From an uncultured Acetobacter sp. (GTDB taxonomy: Bacteria > Pseudomonadota > Alphaproteobacteria > RF32 > CAG-239), in the NCBI GenBank assembly GCA_964599945.1, contig CAZRHI010000001.1:2565-66564 (forward strand): a stretch of 64,000 nucleotides of DNA, written 5' to 3'. Below, one piece after another: positions 31,001-39,767 of the stretch. The notes under the pieces were generated by a model. That model saw nothing but the letters and a program-made list of their open reading frames with translations, was not told the DNA's origin and did no database searches. A program made the position numbers and the translations under genes. How positions within the stretch are numbered: the stretch's first letter is position 1; every line of letters starts with the position of its first letter.

Positions 31001-34000
31001 TCTACAAAACCAATAATTTTCCCGTCAATATCATACGCCAAATTGCTTAAAAGCTTGGTTGTTCCTATATTCTTTCCTGATGAAGATATAACATTTCCAG
31101 ATTCATCTAATTTTCCGATAATACTATTATTACCATTTACTATTTCATTGTTTTCATTAGAATATCCTAAAACCTCTCCATTTAGTCCATATGCAATATT
31201 AGAACTCTTACATGCCGTACATAGTGGTTCACCAACAGCTATTACTTCATTATTTTCATTAACATAGCCAATAACTTTTCCATTGTCATTTCTGGCAATT
31301 TTATTAGTATCCATTACACCAATTTTCTTATTATCATGACTAAGCAATGTTTTGGAAGCAATATCTAATCTACCGATAACATTTCGCTTCAAGGATAAAA
31401 CTGTTCCTGTGTTTTCTACAATACCTATGGGCAACTCTTCCTCACCGCGTAAATACCCTGCATTATCAATATACCCAATAATCGTATTCTTTTGTTGTGC
31501 CATATTGACAACTACACCAACTTTTCCAACGAGTTCGCCTCTGGTGTTTATTATATTATTATTTTCTTTTTTGCCGATAATCTTATTCTTAAAATTCTTA
31601 ACAGTACCGTCTTGTTCTATATATCCAATAGTTTCTCCACTCTTATTATATGCAATATTTCGTTTAACACAACTTTGCCCAATAATGGTGTTACTGGCTT
31701 TGATTACTTTTCCATACTCATCTACAAATCCTATTTTATCGTTATTTTCATTTGCCACATTACCATTTTTATTGATATAACCAAGAATTGTGCCGTCTTT
31801 ATTTATCGCCATTTTTACCTGAGTTTCATCAACTCTACCAATAGCTCTTCCATTTTTGTCTGTAATACTGTTATCAGGCATAACCTTACCAACTAGATTA
31901 TCTTTGAAACCTTTAACTGTTTTTTCAGTTGTAACATAGCCTAGTACTTTCCCACTTCTATCATACGCTAGGTATCTGTATGCTCCTATTTGACCGATAA
32001 TTCTGCCACATGATGCTTTTATATTTCCGTCTTTATCTACAACGCCAAGAATATTTCCCTTCTCATCAATTACGCGTCCTTTTTCATCAATATAGCCGAT
32101 AATTTCACCTTTATCATTTAAGGCGAGTTCGCGTACTTCTCCTGTTTTTCCAATAATATTACCTTTTGCATCAACAATATTACCGTCTTTATCCATTTTG
32201 CCAATAACATTGCCCTTAAAGTCTTTTACTGTGCCATCGGAATCTACATATCCAATTACGTTGCCGTCTCTATCATATGCTAAACGGCGAGATGTTCCTG
32301 CTTTACCTATTACTTTGCCGTCTGAACCTATGATATTGCCATTGCTATCAACAGAACCTAATAGTTTACCATCTTTTCCAATAACACGATTTTTCTCATC
32401 TACAAAACCAATTACTTTTCCATTGGAATCATATGCTAATGTTTTATAATCGCCAGCTTTGCCAATGACCTGACCATTTTTATCAACAATTTCACCTGAA
32501 GCATTCACTTTTCCTATAATGTTGCCCTCAAAATCTACAACATTGCCATTATCATCAATGTATCCGAGTACTTTTCCATCTTTTCCATATGCTAAGCGTT
32601 TTTTAGTAATTGCATTTTTTCCAGTTTGAGAACTTACAATGTTACCATTTTCATCAACAGTTCCTATTTGATTTCCTTTATCATCTAAAACGCGTCCAGC
32701 CTTATCAACATAGCCGATAACATTACCGTCTTTATCTAATGCTAGTCTTGCTGGCGAACCTGCTTTACCGATGACGTTTCCATTTTTATCAACAATATTA
32801 CCGTCTTTATTCATTTTCCCGATAACATTACCTTTAAAGTCTTTTACTGTGCCGTCTTTATCCACATAGCCAATGACGTTACCGTCAGCATCATAGGCTA
32901 ACCGACGAGATGTTCCAACCTTTCCGATTATTTCGCCTTTATTGTTTTTTGTATTTTTTAGGATATTGCCATTTCCGTCTACACGTCCGATAACATTGCC
33001 TTGCTTATCAAGAACCCGTCCATTTCTATCAACAAAGCCGATAACATTGCCATTTTTATCTAGAGCTAACCGCGCTGGCACACCTGCTTTTCCGATAACA
33101 TTGCCATTTTTATCTATAATGTTACCCTTTTTATCCATTTTACCAATGGTATTACCATTGAAATCTTTAACTGTGCCGTCTTTTTCAATATACCCTATCA
33201 CGTTACCGTCTTTGTCATAGGCTAAACGACGCGCTTCTCCAACTTTTCCGATAACCTCATCCTTATCTTTTAATTCTTTTACGACATTTCCATTCTCATC
33301 AGCATAACCAACGAGATTTCCTTGACTATCAAACACTCTCCCTTTTTCATCAACATAGCCAATAACTTTACCATCTTTATCTATAGCTAATTTAGAAAGA
33401 GTGCCTGCTTTGCCAATCACATCCCCATTTTCATCAATAATATTACCGTCTTTATCCATTTTGCCAATGACTTTACCATTGAAGTCTTTAACGGTGCCGT
33501 CGGAATCAACATAACCTATCACGTTGCCGTCTTTGTCATGGGCTAAACGACGGGCTTCCCCGACTTTACCAATAACATTATCATCTTCATTTAGCTCTTT
33601 AACAATATTACCATTTTCGTCAACATAGCCAATAAGATTCCCTTTTTTATCAAGTGCACGTCCTTTTTCATCAACATAACCTACGACTTTACCATTTTTA
33701 TCCAATGCTAATTTGGCAGATGCGCCAGCTTTGCCAACAATATTCCCTTTTTCGTCAATAATATTGCCGTCTTTATCCATTTTTCCGATGACTTTACCAT
33801 TGAAATCTTTAACCGTGCCGTCGGAATCAACATACCCTATCACGTTGCCGTCTTTGTCATAAGCTAAACGATGTTCTTCCCCGATTTTACCAACAATACC
33901 GTCATCTTCTTCGGCAAATTTGACAACTTTACCGTCGGAATCAACATATCCTATAACGCTTCCTAGCTCATCTATAACACGCCCTTTCTCATCAATATAG

Positions 34001-37000
34001 CCGATAACATTACCGTCTTCATCAAGTGCTAATCGACGCTCTTCACCTGCTTTGCCGATGATATTCCCATTTTTATCTACGATATTGCCATTTTCATCGA
34101 TTTTTCCAATTACATTACCGCTAAAATCTTTAACAGTACCATCTTCATCTACATAACCAATGACCTTACCGTCGGAATCATATGCCAAGCGACGAGCTTC
34201 GCCAGCTTTGCCGATAACTGTTCCTTTGGCTTCAATGATATTCCCATTTTTGTCTGTATATCCTATTTGGTTGCCCTTTTCATCAAATACATGACCTTTT
34301 TCATCAATATAACCAATAACATTTCCTGCTTTATCTTTTGCCAATTTGGCTAGTTCGCCAGCTTTACCGATGACGTTTCCATTTTTATCCACAATATTAC
34401 CATTTTCATCAACTTTTCCGATAACATTACCTTTAAAGTCTTTAACTGTACCGTCGGAATCAACATAACCAATTACATTCCCGTCAGAATCATAAGCCAA
34501 ACGGCGACTTTCTCCTGCAAAACCTAAAATTTCACCTTTTATTGGCTCTTCGGCATATTTGACGATATTACCTTCTTTATCTGCATAGCCGATTTCTTTG
34601 CTATTTTCATCAAATACACGCCCTTTTTCATCAACATAGCCAACAACTTTACCATTTTTATCTAAAGCTAATTTAGCATTCTTTCCAGCTTTACCGATAA
34701 CGTTACCATTTTTATCTACAATATTGCCATTTTCATCTACTTTACCAATAACATTGCCTTTGAAATCTTTAACTGTGCCGTCAGCATCAATATACCCTAT
34801 CACATTACCGTCGGAATCATAAGCTAAGCGACGCTCTTCACCAACTTTCCCGACAACTGTGCCTTTGGCCGCAATAATATTTCCATTTTTACCAGTATAA
34901 CCTATTTGGTTACCATTCTTATCAAATACTCGCCCTTTCTCATCAACATAACCTATAACTTTACCCGCTTTGTCTAGAGCTAACTTGGCATTACTTCCTG
35001 CTTTGCCGATGATGTTACCATTTTTATCTATAATATTACCATTTTTATCTACTTTACCAATAACCTTACCATTAAAATCTTTTACTGTGCCGTCTTTTTC
35101 AACATAACCAATTACATTACCGTCTTTATCTAGGGCTAAACGACGTGTTTCTCCCACTTTTCCAATAACAGGAGCTTTGGTGGCAACGATATTTCCGTTT
35201 TTATCCATATGTCCGATTTGATTTCCTTTTTCATCAAACACACGACCTTTTTCATCTACATAGCCAATAACTTTGCCATTTTTATCAAGAGCTAACTTAG
35301 CTGTTTTCCCTGCTTTGCCAATAATATTACCTTTTTTATCTACGATATTGCCGTCTTTATCCATTTTACCAACAACGTTGCCTTTGAAGTCTTTAACCGT
35401 GCCGTCGGAATCAACATAACCTATCACATTACCATTTTTATCATACGCTAAACGGCGATTTTCTCCTACTTTGCCGATAATTGGAGCTTTAGGTGCATAG
35501 ATATTACCATTTTTATCAGTCTGTCCGATGAGATTTCCTTTTTCATCAAACACACGACCTGTTTCGTCTACATAGCCAATGACATTACCATTTTTATCCA
35601 ATGCTAATTTAGCATTACTTCCTGCTTTACCGATGATGTTACCATTTTTATCTACGATATTTCCATTTTTATCCACTTTACCAATAGCGTTACCTTTGAA
35701 ATCTTTAACTGTGCCGTCTTTTTCAACATAACCTATCACATTACCATTTTTATCATATGCTAAGCGACGGCTTTCTCCTACTTTGCCGATACGTGGATCT
35801 TTAGTTGCTATTATATTACCATTTTTATCAGTCTGCCCAATTTGATTTCCTTTTTCATCAAACACACGCCCTGTTTCGTCTACATAGCCAATCACTTTTC
35901 CATTTTTATCTAATGCTAATTTAGCATTACTTCCTGCTTTACCGATGATGTTACCATTTTTATCAATAATATTACCGTCTTTATCCGTTTTACCGATAAT
36001 ATTACCATTGAAGTCTTTAACGGTTCCGTCTGTATCAATATACCCTATCACATTACCATTTTCATCTAAAGCTAAACGACGCGTTTCCCCGATTTTTCCA
36101 ATAATTTCGCCATTCTTTTCTATATCGGCAAATTTAACAACATTACCGTTATCATCAATATACCCTATTGCTTTTCCCTCTTTGTCATAAACTAATTTAT
36201 GACTATCACCATTAGTACCAATTTTACTTTCTGATAATCTGTAAACATTGCCATTTTCATCTACATATCCAACAATATTACCGTCTTTATCAACCACGCT
36301 ATTGTCTGGCATAACGATACCTATAACATTGCCATTTTCATCTAGTGCTACACGTCCTGCTGAGGTTACTCTCCCGATAACATTACCGTCTTTATCTATA
36401 ACCTCGCCATTTGCATTAAGTCGTCCAATAATTTTTTTAGGATTATTTATGTCTACAACTGTTCCGTCTGGCAATACCCTACCAATAATTTTACCTTCAT
36501 CATCATAAACATATCCTGCTTCTACAGCTTTTCCGATAACCTCACCAGCTTCATTAACAATCGTCCCGTCGGATAAAACTTTCCCTATTATTTCTCCTTG
36601 CGCATCAACAACTGTCCCGTCTGTTCTTACATAACCAATCAAATTACCGTCTTTATCAAACGCTAAACGCATATTTTGCGCCACACCTATTATATTCCCC
36701 TCTGCGTCAATAATTAACCCGTCTTCATTAACTTTTCCGATAATCCGACCATCTTTATCATGCACATTTCCAGCTTCATCAATATAACCAATAACTTCTC
36801 CATTTGGACCTATAGCTAATCTATGTGCGCTTATGGAACTTCCGTCAAACGAGCAACTCCCGGTGGTACTATTACATATTTGGCGGTTATCTTCTGGGTA
36901 TACAGCACTCCCTCGGATACTGACTTCTTCAGATTTTGCATTATCTCTACTTAATCTTGTTTCATACCAGATTACTTTGAAATTATTTTGAACATTACCT

Positions 37001-37485
37001 GCCAGATGTGGAGACCATGAGATTAAAACATTACATGTTTCATCGCCACTTAAATCTCTGTTTTTGCATTTATCACGAAACTCAAAACCGTCTTCTGTTT
37101 CTTCTACTAATTCTACTCGTTCAATATGGATACTTTCTGTTCCGTCTGTTCCTATCGTTAAAATGCTCTGATTTTGTTCGTCAATTCCTAGAACAAATTT
37201 GTGCATATTAATTTGTTCAGGAGTAATTCTTATTGGCTTCTTATTTTCTGATGTGTTTTCATCTTCTACACCAATAAATAAATTTTCTTCTTCCTTATCC
37301 AGATTAGGCACAATATCTTGATTTTCTGTAAAAACAGGTGCTTCTTCCTCTGGATTATATGTATCATCATCGGAGCCTAACATGAGCAACCCAAACAGAA
37401 ACAAAACACCTGCAATAATTCCTATTATAAGAATTATTCTTCGGGTTTTTTGTTCGTATTCTTCAAAACGGGTATTATTGCTCAT
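28030..37485 (-). CDS. giant (3151 aa) single-pass membrane protein composed of DxxGxx(I/V)G repeats; T4SS-associated and function unknown
   Basis: Uninterrupted ORF. N-terminal transmembrane anchor (IILIIGIIAGVLFLFGLLML), then about 3000 aa of beta-type repeats with no identifiable enzymatic domain. Its start codon overlaps the virB9 stop (ATGA) and its stop abuts the virB10 start. Confidence 0.75.
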   Translation of the reverse strand: MSNNTRFEEYEQKTRRIILIIGIIAGVLFLFGLLMLGSDDDTYNPEEEAPVFTENQDIVPNLDKEEENLFIGVEDENTSENKKPIRITPEQINMHKFVLGIDEQNQSILTIGTDGTESIHIERVELVEETEDGFEFRDKCKNRDLSGDETCNVLISWSPHLAGNVQNNFKVIWYETRLSRDNAKSEEVSIRGSAVYPEDNRQICNSTTGSCSFDGSSISAHRLAIGPNGEVIGYIDEAGNVHDKDGRIIGKVNEDGLIIDAEGNIIGVAQNMRLAFDKDGNLIGYVRTDGTVVDAQGEIIGKVLSDGTIVNEAGEVIGKAVEAGYVYDDEGKIIGRVLPDGTVVDINNPKKIIGRLNANGEVIDKDGNVIGRVTSAGRVALDENGNVIGIVMPDNSVVDKDGNIVGYVDENGNVYRLSESKIGTNGDSHKLVYDKEGKAIGYIDDNGNVVKFADIEKNGEIIGKIGETRRLALDENGNVIGYIDTDGTVKDFNGNIIGKTDKDGNIIDKNGNIIGKAGSNAKLALDKNGKVIGYVDETGRVFDEKGNQIGQTDKNGNIIATKDPRIGKVGESRRLAYDKNGNVIGYVEKDGTVKDFKGNAIGKVDKNGNIVDKNGNIIGKAGSNAKLALDKNGNVIGYVDETGRVFDEKGNLIGQTDKNGNIYAPKAPIIGKVGENRRLAYDKNGNVIGYVDSDGTVKDFKGNVVGKMDKDGNIVDKKGNIIGKAGKTAKLALDKNGKVIGYVDEKGRVFDEKGNQIGHMDKNGNIVATKAPVIGKVGETRRLALDKDGNVIGYVEKDGTVKDFNGKVIGKVDKNGNIIDKNGNIIGKAGSNAKLALDKAGKVIGYVDEKGRVFDKNGNQIGYTGKNGNIIAAKGTVVGKVGEERRLAYDSDGNVIGYIDADGTVKDFKGNVIGKVDENGNIVDKNGNVIGKAGKNAKLALDKNGKVVGYVDEKGRVFDENSKEIGYADKEGNIVKYAEEPIKGEILGFAGESRRLAYDSDGNVIGYVDSDGTVKDFKGNVIGKVDENGNIVDKNGNVIGKAGELAKLAKDKAGNVIGYIDEKGHVFDEKGNQIGYTDKNGNIIEAKGTVIGKAGEARRLAYDSDGKVIGYVDEDGTVKDFSGNVIGKIDENGNIVDKNGNIIGKAGEERRLALDEDGNVIGYIDEKGRVIDELGSVIGYVDSDGKVVKFAEEDDGIVGKIGEEHRLAYDKDGNVIGYVDSDGTVKDFNGKVIGKMDKDGNIIDEKGNIVGKAGASAKLALDKNGKVVGYVDEKGRALDKKGNLIGYVDENGNIVKELNEDDNVIGKVGEARRLAHDKDGNVIGYVDSDGTVKDFNGKVIGKMDKDGNIIDENGDVIGKAGTLSKLAIDKDGKVIGYVDEKGRVFDSQGNLVGYADENGNVVKELKDKDEVIGKVGEARRLAYDKDGNVIGYIEKDGTVKDFNGNTIGKMDKKGNIIDKNGNVIGKAGVPARLALDKNGNVIGFVDRNGRVLDKQGNVIGRVDGNGNILKNTKNNKGEIIGKVGTSRRLAYDADGNVIGYVDKDGTVKDFKGNVIGKMNKDGNIVDKNGNVIGKAGSPARLALDKDGNVIGYVDKAGRVLDDKGNQIGTVDENGNIVSSQTGKNAITKKRLAYGKDGKVLGYIDDNGNVVDFEGNIIGKVNASGEIVDKNGQVIGKAGDYKTLAYDSNGKVIGFVDEKNRVIGKDGKLLGSVDSNGNIIGSDGKVIGKAGTSRRLAYDRDGNVIGYVDSDGTVKDFKGNVIGKMDKDGNIVDAKGNIIGKTGEVRELALNDKGEIIGYIDEKGRVIDEKGNILGVVDKDGNIKASCGRIIGQIGAYRYLAYDRSGKVLGYVTTEKTVKGFKDNLVGKVMPDNSITDKNGRAIGRVDETQVKMAINKDGTILGYINKNGNVANENNDKIGFVDEYGKVIKASNTIIGQSCVKRNIAYNKSGETIGYIEQDGTVKNFKNKIIGKKENNNIINTRGELVGKVGVVVNMAQQKNTIIGYIDNAGYLRGEEELPIGIVENTGTVLSLKRNVIGRLDIASKTLLSHDNKKIGVMDTNKIARNDNGKVIGYVNENNEVIAVGEPLCTACKSSNIAYGLNGEVLGYSNENNEIVNGNNSIIGKLDESGNVISSSGKNIGTTKLLSNLAYDIDGKIIGFVEDNGNIKDFKNKLVGFLDDNGKIYKNTNEVIATVGRRGLLAQSPSGKTIGYIGENNTVFNFSGRNIGKARPTGIIVDEYDRNIGKVGRLVEFAQDESGNVIGYLGTDEKIHQENDELLGFIDDFGNVYCITDEILGTAGISKRLAYDENGNVIGYIDETGSVHDFEGNLIGYLGENGTIHDMNGNLIGYEGEYAKVAVDENGNIIGYIDENGLVIGNDGKIVGIVSEDGTVYGSNGEIIGRLSSQGNSELNIIKRKAVLDENGTVIGYIDENGIARDFEGNILGTVQSDGSIKDKDGNIIGRTGKDMEFTIDANGDIIGVVGNYSNLVVDDEGNIIGYVGSDGKVRDLNNIVIGFVDEDGNVITSRGIKIGAVIKKDMIAMSPNGYSLGRIGNNGDVINNKEEIVGKVLPNYLIRSKDGKKIIGKAVIGGMAVGWGCTYYGYVDKDGYVKKDNKETGYRMLFDRSIVDKDGKYVGDVIKIGWIRDNKCNIIGKVGADGYARNEEGEYIGCVNPDGGVLNPDGKLIGKVYEASYATYYNGEMMGIISPNGTVSSGKNIIGCANLEGEILNRDGFIVGQIMDKTQAYNLSGEFINNLSQYNYNSQEVIPETKILLNHLLVNNKKIAKGVIFPEKNVIVDANGRIVGRIFADGYVYNTKGVAVDKITFDGYAFNSGKPLKVLPKGNVIDFYGNYIGFVNDNADVINLYGKKLGWVDAKGRMFDDKGEYKGGVVKTGVGIGYDGTYLGYVSKSGKVIDVDGSISGFISADGHILDVNKVIVGEVIKENLVIDVFGNIKGYLNALGDIIDINDSVLTTALPGGNSNKNYSIMRQGVVLDYSGRVIGQVVADGSVMGENNVRIGKILNSGKAINDKGQLIGEIVDGDIVINEQDKVIGFVNMEGKVLNQERSVIGKVISSNLVVDNNGKIIGHTYKIGANILSNDGKYLGRLSPDGSVLSITNGKIGYLKSNGSYVNTKNKVSGYVLEEVAQNRRN
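32700..36100 (-). repeat. about 11 tandem near-identical copies of a ~315-bp (105-aa) coding repeat inside the giant gene
   Basis: A recurring protein unit ...RRLAYDKDGNVIGYVDSDGTVKDFKGNVIGKVDENGNIVDKNGNIIGKAG-AKLALDKNGKVIGYVDEKGRVFDEKGNQIG... Identical nucleotide strings (e.g. ccgtcggaatcaacataacctatcac) recur at about 315-bp spacing. Antisense ORFs in the track show a repeated PITLPSLS pattern from the same repeats. Confidence 0.8.
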
Positions 37486-39767
37486 TGTATCCTAACCACA
37501 CTACAAAAGATTCCGTTACGACCTAATTGACTACAGATATTATCCCCGTCTTCAAGTGATTTGATTGGACCAACGCGTAAATGGAAAAGCTCTTTTCCTT
37601 GTCCATCTGCCGCAGTATCTACGGAATAGAAAGGTTGATACGACCCAATAGCTGCTGAATTATGCTTGGAAATATCATTCCATAATTTTTCCAAATTATT
37701 TACATTTTCATCTGTTCCTAATTCTATAGAAATATTACTTTCATTTGTTCCATTAAACGATTTTCCTGAGCGAAATTCTTTTAATAGAGCTTCCGTTTCT
37801 GCAGAAATCATACTTTTTTCTTGATCTTCAATTCTTGGCGCAATCAAGACTGGACTCGAATTATTTTGAGATGCCCCTATTTGCGCTATATTTGCATTAT
37901 TGGTTTGCCCCGCTTGAGGGGATATTGCAGAAGCTGATTGCTTATCTGCTTGATAGGTAACTCCAACATTTACACCTTGATTATTATAATCTGGAGTTAT
38001 TAGCTCTGCTTGTCCTGCTCTTATATCATATTGACCTGTTAAGACCTCTTTTGATTGCTGTGGTGTTCCGCTAATCGGCATTACCTTTGGTAACGAATCG
38101 ATTTGCGCCATATTATTTTGCCCTAATGTTGTCGATGTGTTTCCAGCATTTTGAGGTAATGTATTAAAAAAACTACTATTATCAAAAAATGACTGCAAAC
38201 CACCGCTATTAGCAGATGCGCCTTGAGTACCATTTGCTGTGTTGGCTTTGCCATCTCCACTCATCACATTATTACTGGTATTGCCTGAAAGGCCTGCTGG
38301 AAACATACCACCTGATGCACCTTGTCCACCATTTGCACCGTTGGTGTTGTAGCCATTTCCACCTACGGCATTATTACTGGTATTTCCTGAAAAACCTGCT
38401 GGAAGCATTCCACCTGATGCACCTTGTCCACTATTTACGCCATTGGGATTGTAGCTATTTCCACCTACGGCATTATTACTGGTATTTCCGAAAAAACCTG
38501 CTGGGAACATACCACCTGATGTTCCTTGTCCGCTATTTATGACGTTAGTATTGTAGCCATTTCCACCAACCGCTCCATTCGCACTTCCTTGGAAATTTGT
38601 AGACGACGGCATATTAGATGTTGCTCCTTCATAAACATTTTCTACTCGCCCTGTTTCATTATTTACAGAGTTCTCACCACCTTGGGTTGGATTGGAAGCA
38701 TAACTCGATTGTAAATCCCATTCATTTGTTTTGGCATATATTGTATTTTCTAACCCATCGGAATCTGCGCGACGCAACTTTAAGCACACAAGCCTTTTAC
38801 CGCTACGCATAACCATATCCCCCATTCCTTCAACAATAATCAAACGATTATTTGGACCAGCCGCACGGAAACCTACTGGCGTTTCTGAACGTTCCACAAT
38901 TAACGTAACAATCGGACGTTGTACTGCTGTTAAAGCTTTTTCACCTAAATCTATATATGTAAAGATGTTATCTCGCCACACACGTTCTGGCGCAATAACA
39001 ATATCATCAGGATTAGGAACATAAACCTCTATATCAAAACGAAATTTTGTTGGGTCAACAGGGATTTTTTCTATCCAATCTTCTTTTTGCAAATCCCGCG
39101 TATATGTTGAGGCAGCACTAGTTCCGTCTTGCGAATAATTACTTCCACCACTAGCATATCCTCCGCCACATCCACCAGCGGAGCCATTAGCCGCACTTTG
39201 CTTCTTTTTTACAACTTCAATATCAATAATCGCGTTTGTAATTCTATCTGTATTTATAGTTTCACTTTGTACATAAAAAACATATTTATTTCCTGAGCGT
39301 CCAAACACAATCATATTTGTATCAACACCAACAAACTGAGAGGCTTCAGGATATACCATTAAACTTGAAGGACCTTGAATTTCAGCGGTAAAAGATTGTC
39401 CATCTCCTAAATAGACATTTTCCACCACTTCCCAACTTGGAAAGTTAACCAACGTATACATACCCTCACGAACACGAATTGGCAACACCATTTCTGGTGT
39501 CCAGTAATATTTAGTATACCCTGGTCGGCTTTGTCCTTCTCCCATATGTTGCATAGGGTCTTTCCACGCGCTTTGCATCATTCCTAAAGACCCACTTCCG
39601 AGATAATTCAAATTAGTCGCAGCATAATTGCCTTGAGCTTGGTCTGCATTCTGATCTAATACACTTTTAGTAACCTGCGCATAAGCAAGACTCCCTGTTA
39701 ACTGTAACAGAAAAATTGCAGATAATAAATAACTATTTTTTCTCATAACACAAACCTTAAATTTCAA
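37482..39767 (-). CDS. virB9: VirB9/CagX/TrbG homolog (761 aa) with G/N/S-rich tandem repeats and a SPOR-like C-terminal domain
   Basis: Signal peptide. VirB9 N-domain (YTLVNFPSWEVVENVYLGDG...MIVFGRSGNKYVFYVQ) and VirB9 C-domain (...IVIAPERVWRDNIFTYIDLGEK...). Three ~37-aa Gly/Asn repeats. C-terminus ...LFHLRVGPIKSLEDGDNICSQLGRNGIFCSVV resembles a SPOR peptidoglycan-binding fold. Confidence 0.7.
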   Translation of the reverse strand: MKFKVCVMRKNSYLLSAIFLLQLTGSLAYAQVTKSVLDQNADQAQGNYAATNLNYLGSGSLGMMQSAWKDPMQHMGEGQSRPGYTKYYWTPEMVLPIRVREGMYTLVNFPSWEVVENVYLGDGQSFTAEIQGPSSLMVYPEASQFVGVDTNMIVFGRSGNKYVFYVQSETINTDRITNAIIDIEVVKKKQSAANGSAGGCGGGYASGGSNYSQDGTSAASTYTRDLQKEDWIEKIPVDPTKFRFDIEVYVPNPDDIVIAPERVWRDNIFTYIDLGEKALTAVQRPIVTLIVERSETPVGFRAAGPNNRLIIVEGMGDMVMRSGKRLVCLKLRRADSDGLENTIYAKTNEWDLQSSYASNPTQGGENSVNNETGRVENVYEGATSNMPSSTNFQGSANGAVGGNGYNTNVINSGQGTSGGMFPAGFFGNTSNNAVGGNSYNPNGVNSGQGASGGMLPAGFSGNTSNNAVGGNGYNTNGANGGQGASGGMFPAGLSGNTSNNVMSGDGKANTANGTQGASANSGGLQSFFDNSSFFNTLPQNAGNTSTTLGQNNMAQIDSLPKVMPISGTPQQSKEVLTGQYDIRAGQAELITPDYNNQGVNVGVTYQADKQSASAISPQAGQTNNANIAQIGASQNNSSPVLIAPRIEDQEKSMISAETEALLKEFRSGKSFNGTNESNISIELGTDENVNNLEKLWNDISKHNSAAIGSYQPFYSVDTAADGQGKELFHLRVGPIKSLEDGDNICSQLGRNGIFCSVVRIQ
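38240..38615 (-). repeat. three tandem ~111-bp repeats encoding (GNTSNNAVGGNGYNTNGVNSGQGASGGMFPAGFS) within virB9
   Basis: Protein-level repeat seen in the translation. An antisense ORF at 38216-38542 shows a repeated HLMHLVHYLRHW pattern from the same DNA repeats. Confidence 0.7.

Noticed and set aside
32700-36100. Possible CRISPR array, suggested by the regular tandem repeats
   Set aside because: The period is ~315 bp with no unique spacer-like segments. The repeats lie in frame within a continuous ORF, and no cas genes are present.
28715-36508. Numerous plus-strand ORFs of 67-142 aa inside the giant gene (e.g. 31352-31780, 32942-33220, 35945-36190) with P/L/S/T-rich, repetitive translations
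   Set aside because: They are antisense shadows of the coding repeats: the same PITLPSLS-like pattern recurs at the repeat period, and they sit fully within a long, motif-bearing minus-strand ORF.
23751-37485. Idea that the locus is a Helicobacter cag island, because of a giant VirB10 like CagY
   Set aside because: Flanking synteny (rpsT-dnaA, yidC-engB) is alphaproteobacterial. No cag-specific genes (cagA, cagM, cag3) are seen. The repeats are beta-type DxxG motifs, not the helical Cys-containing CagY repeats.
28030-37485. Assigning the giant protein to the YD/RHS-repeat or RTX families
   Set aside because: Motifs such as AYDKDGNVIGYVD superficially echo YDxxGRL and DxDG loops. However, the conserved aromatic positions of YD repeats and the GGxGxDxUx nonapeptide of RTX are absent, so I leave the family unassigned.
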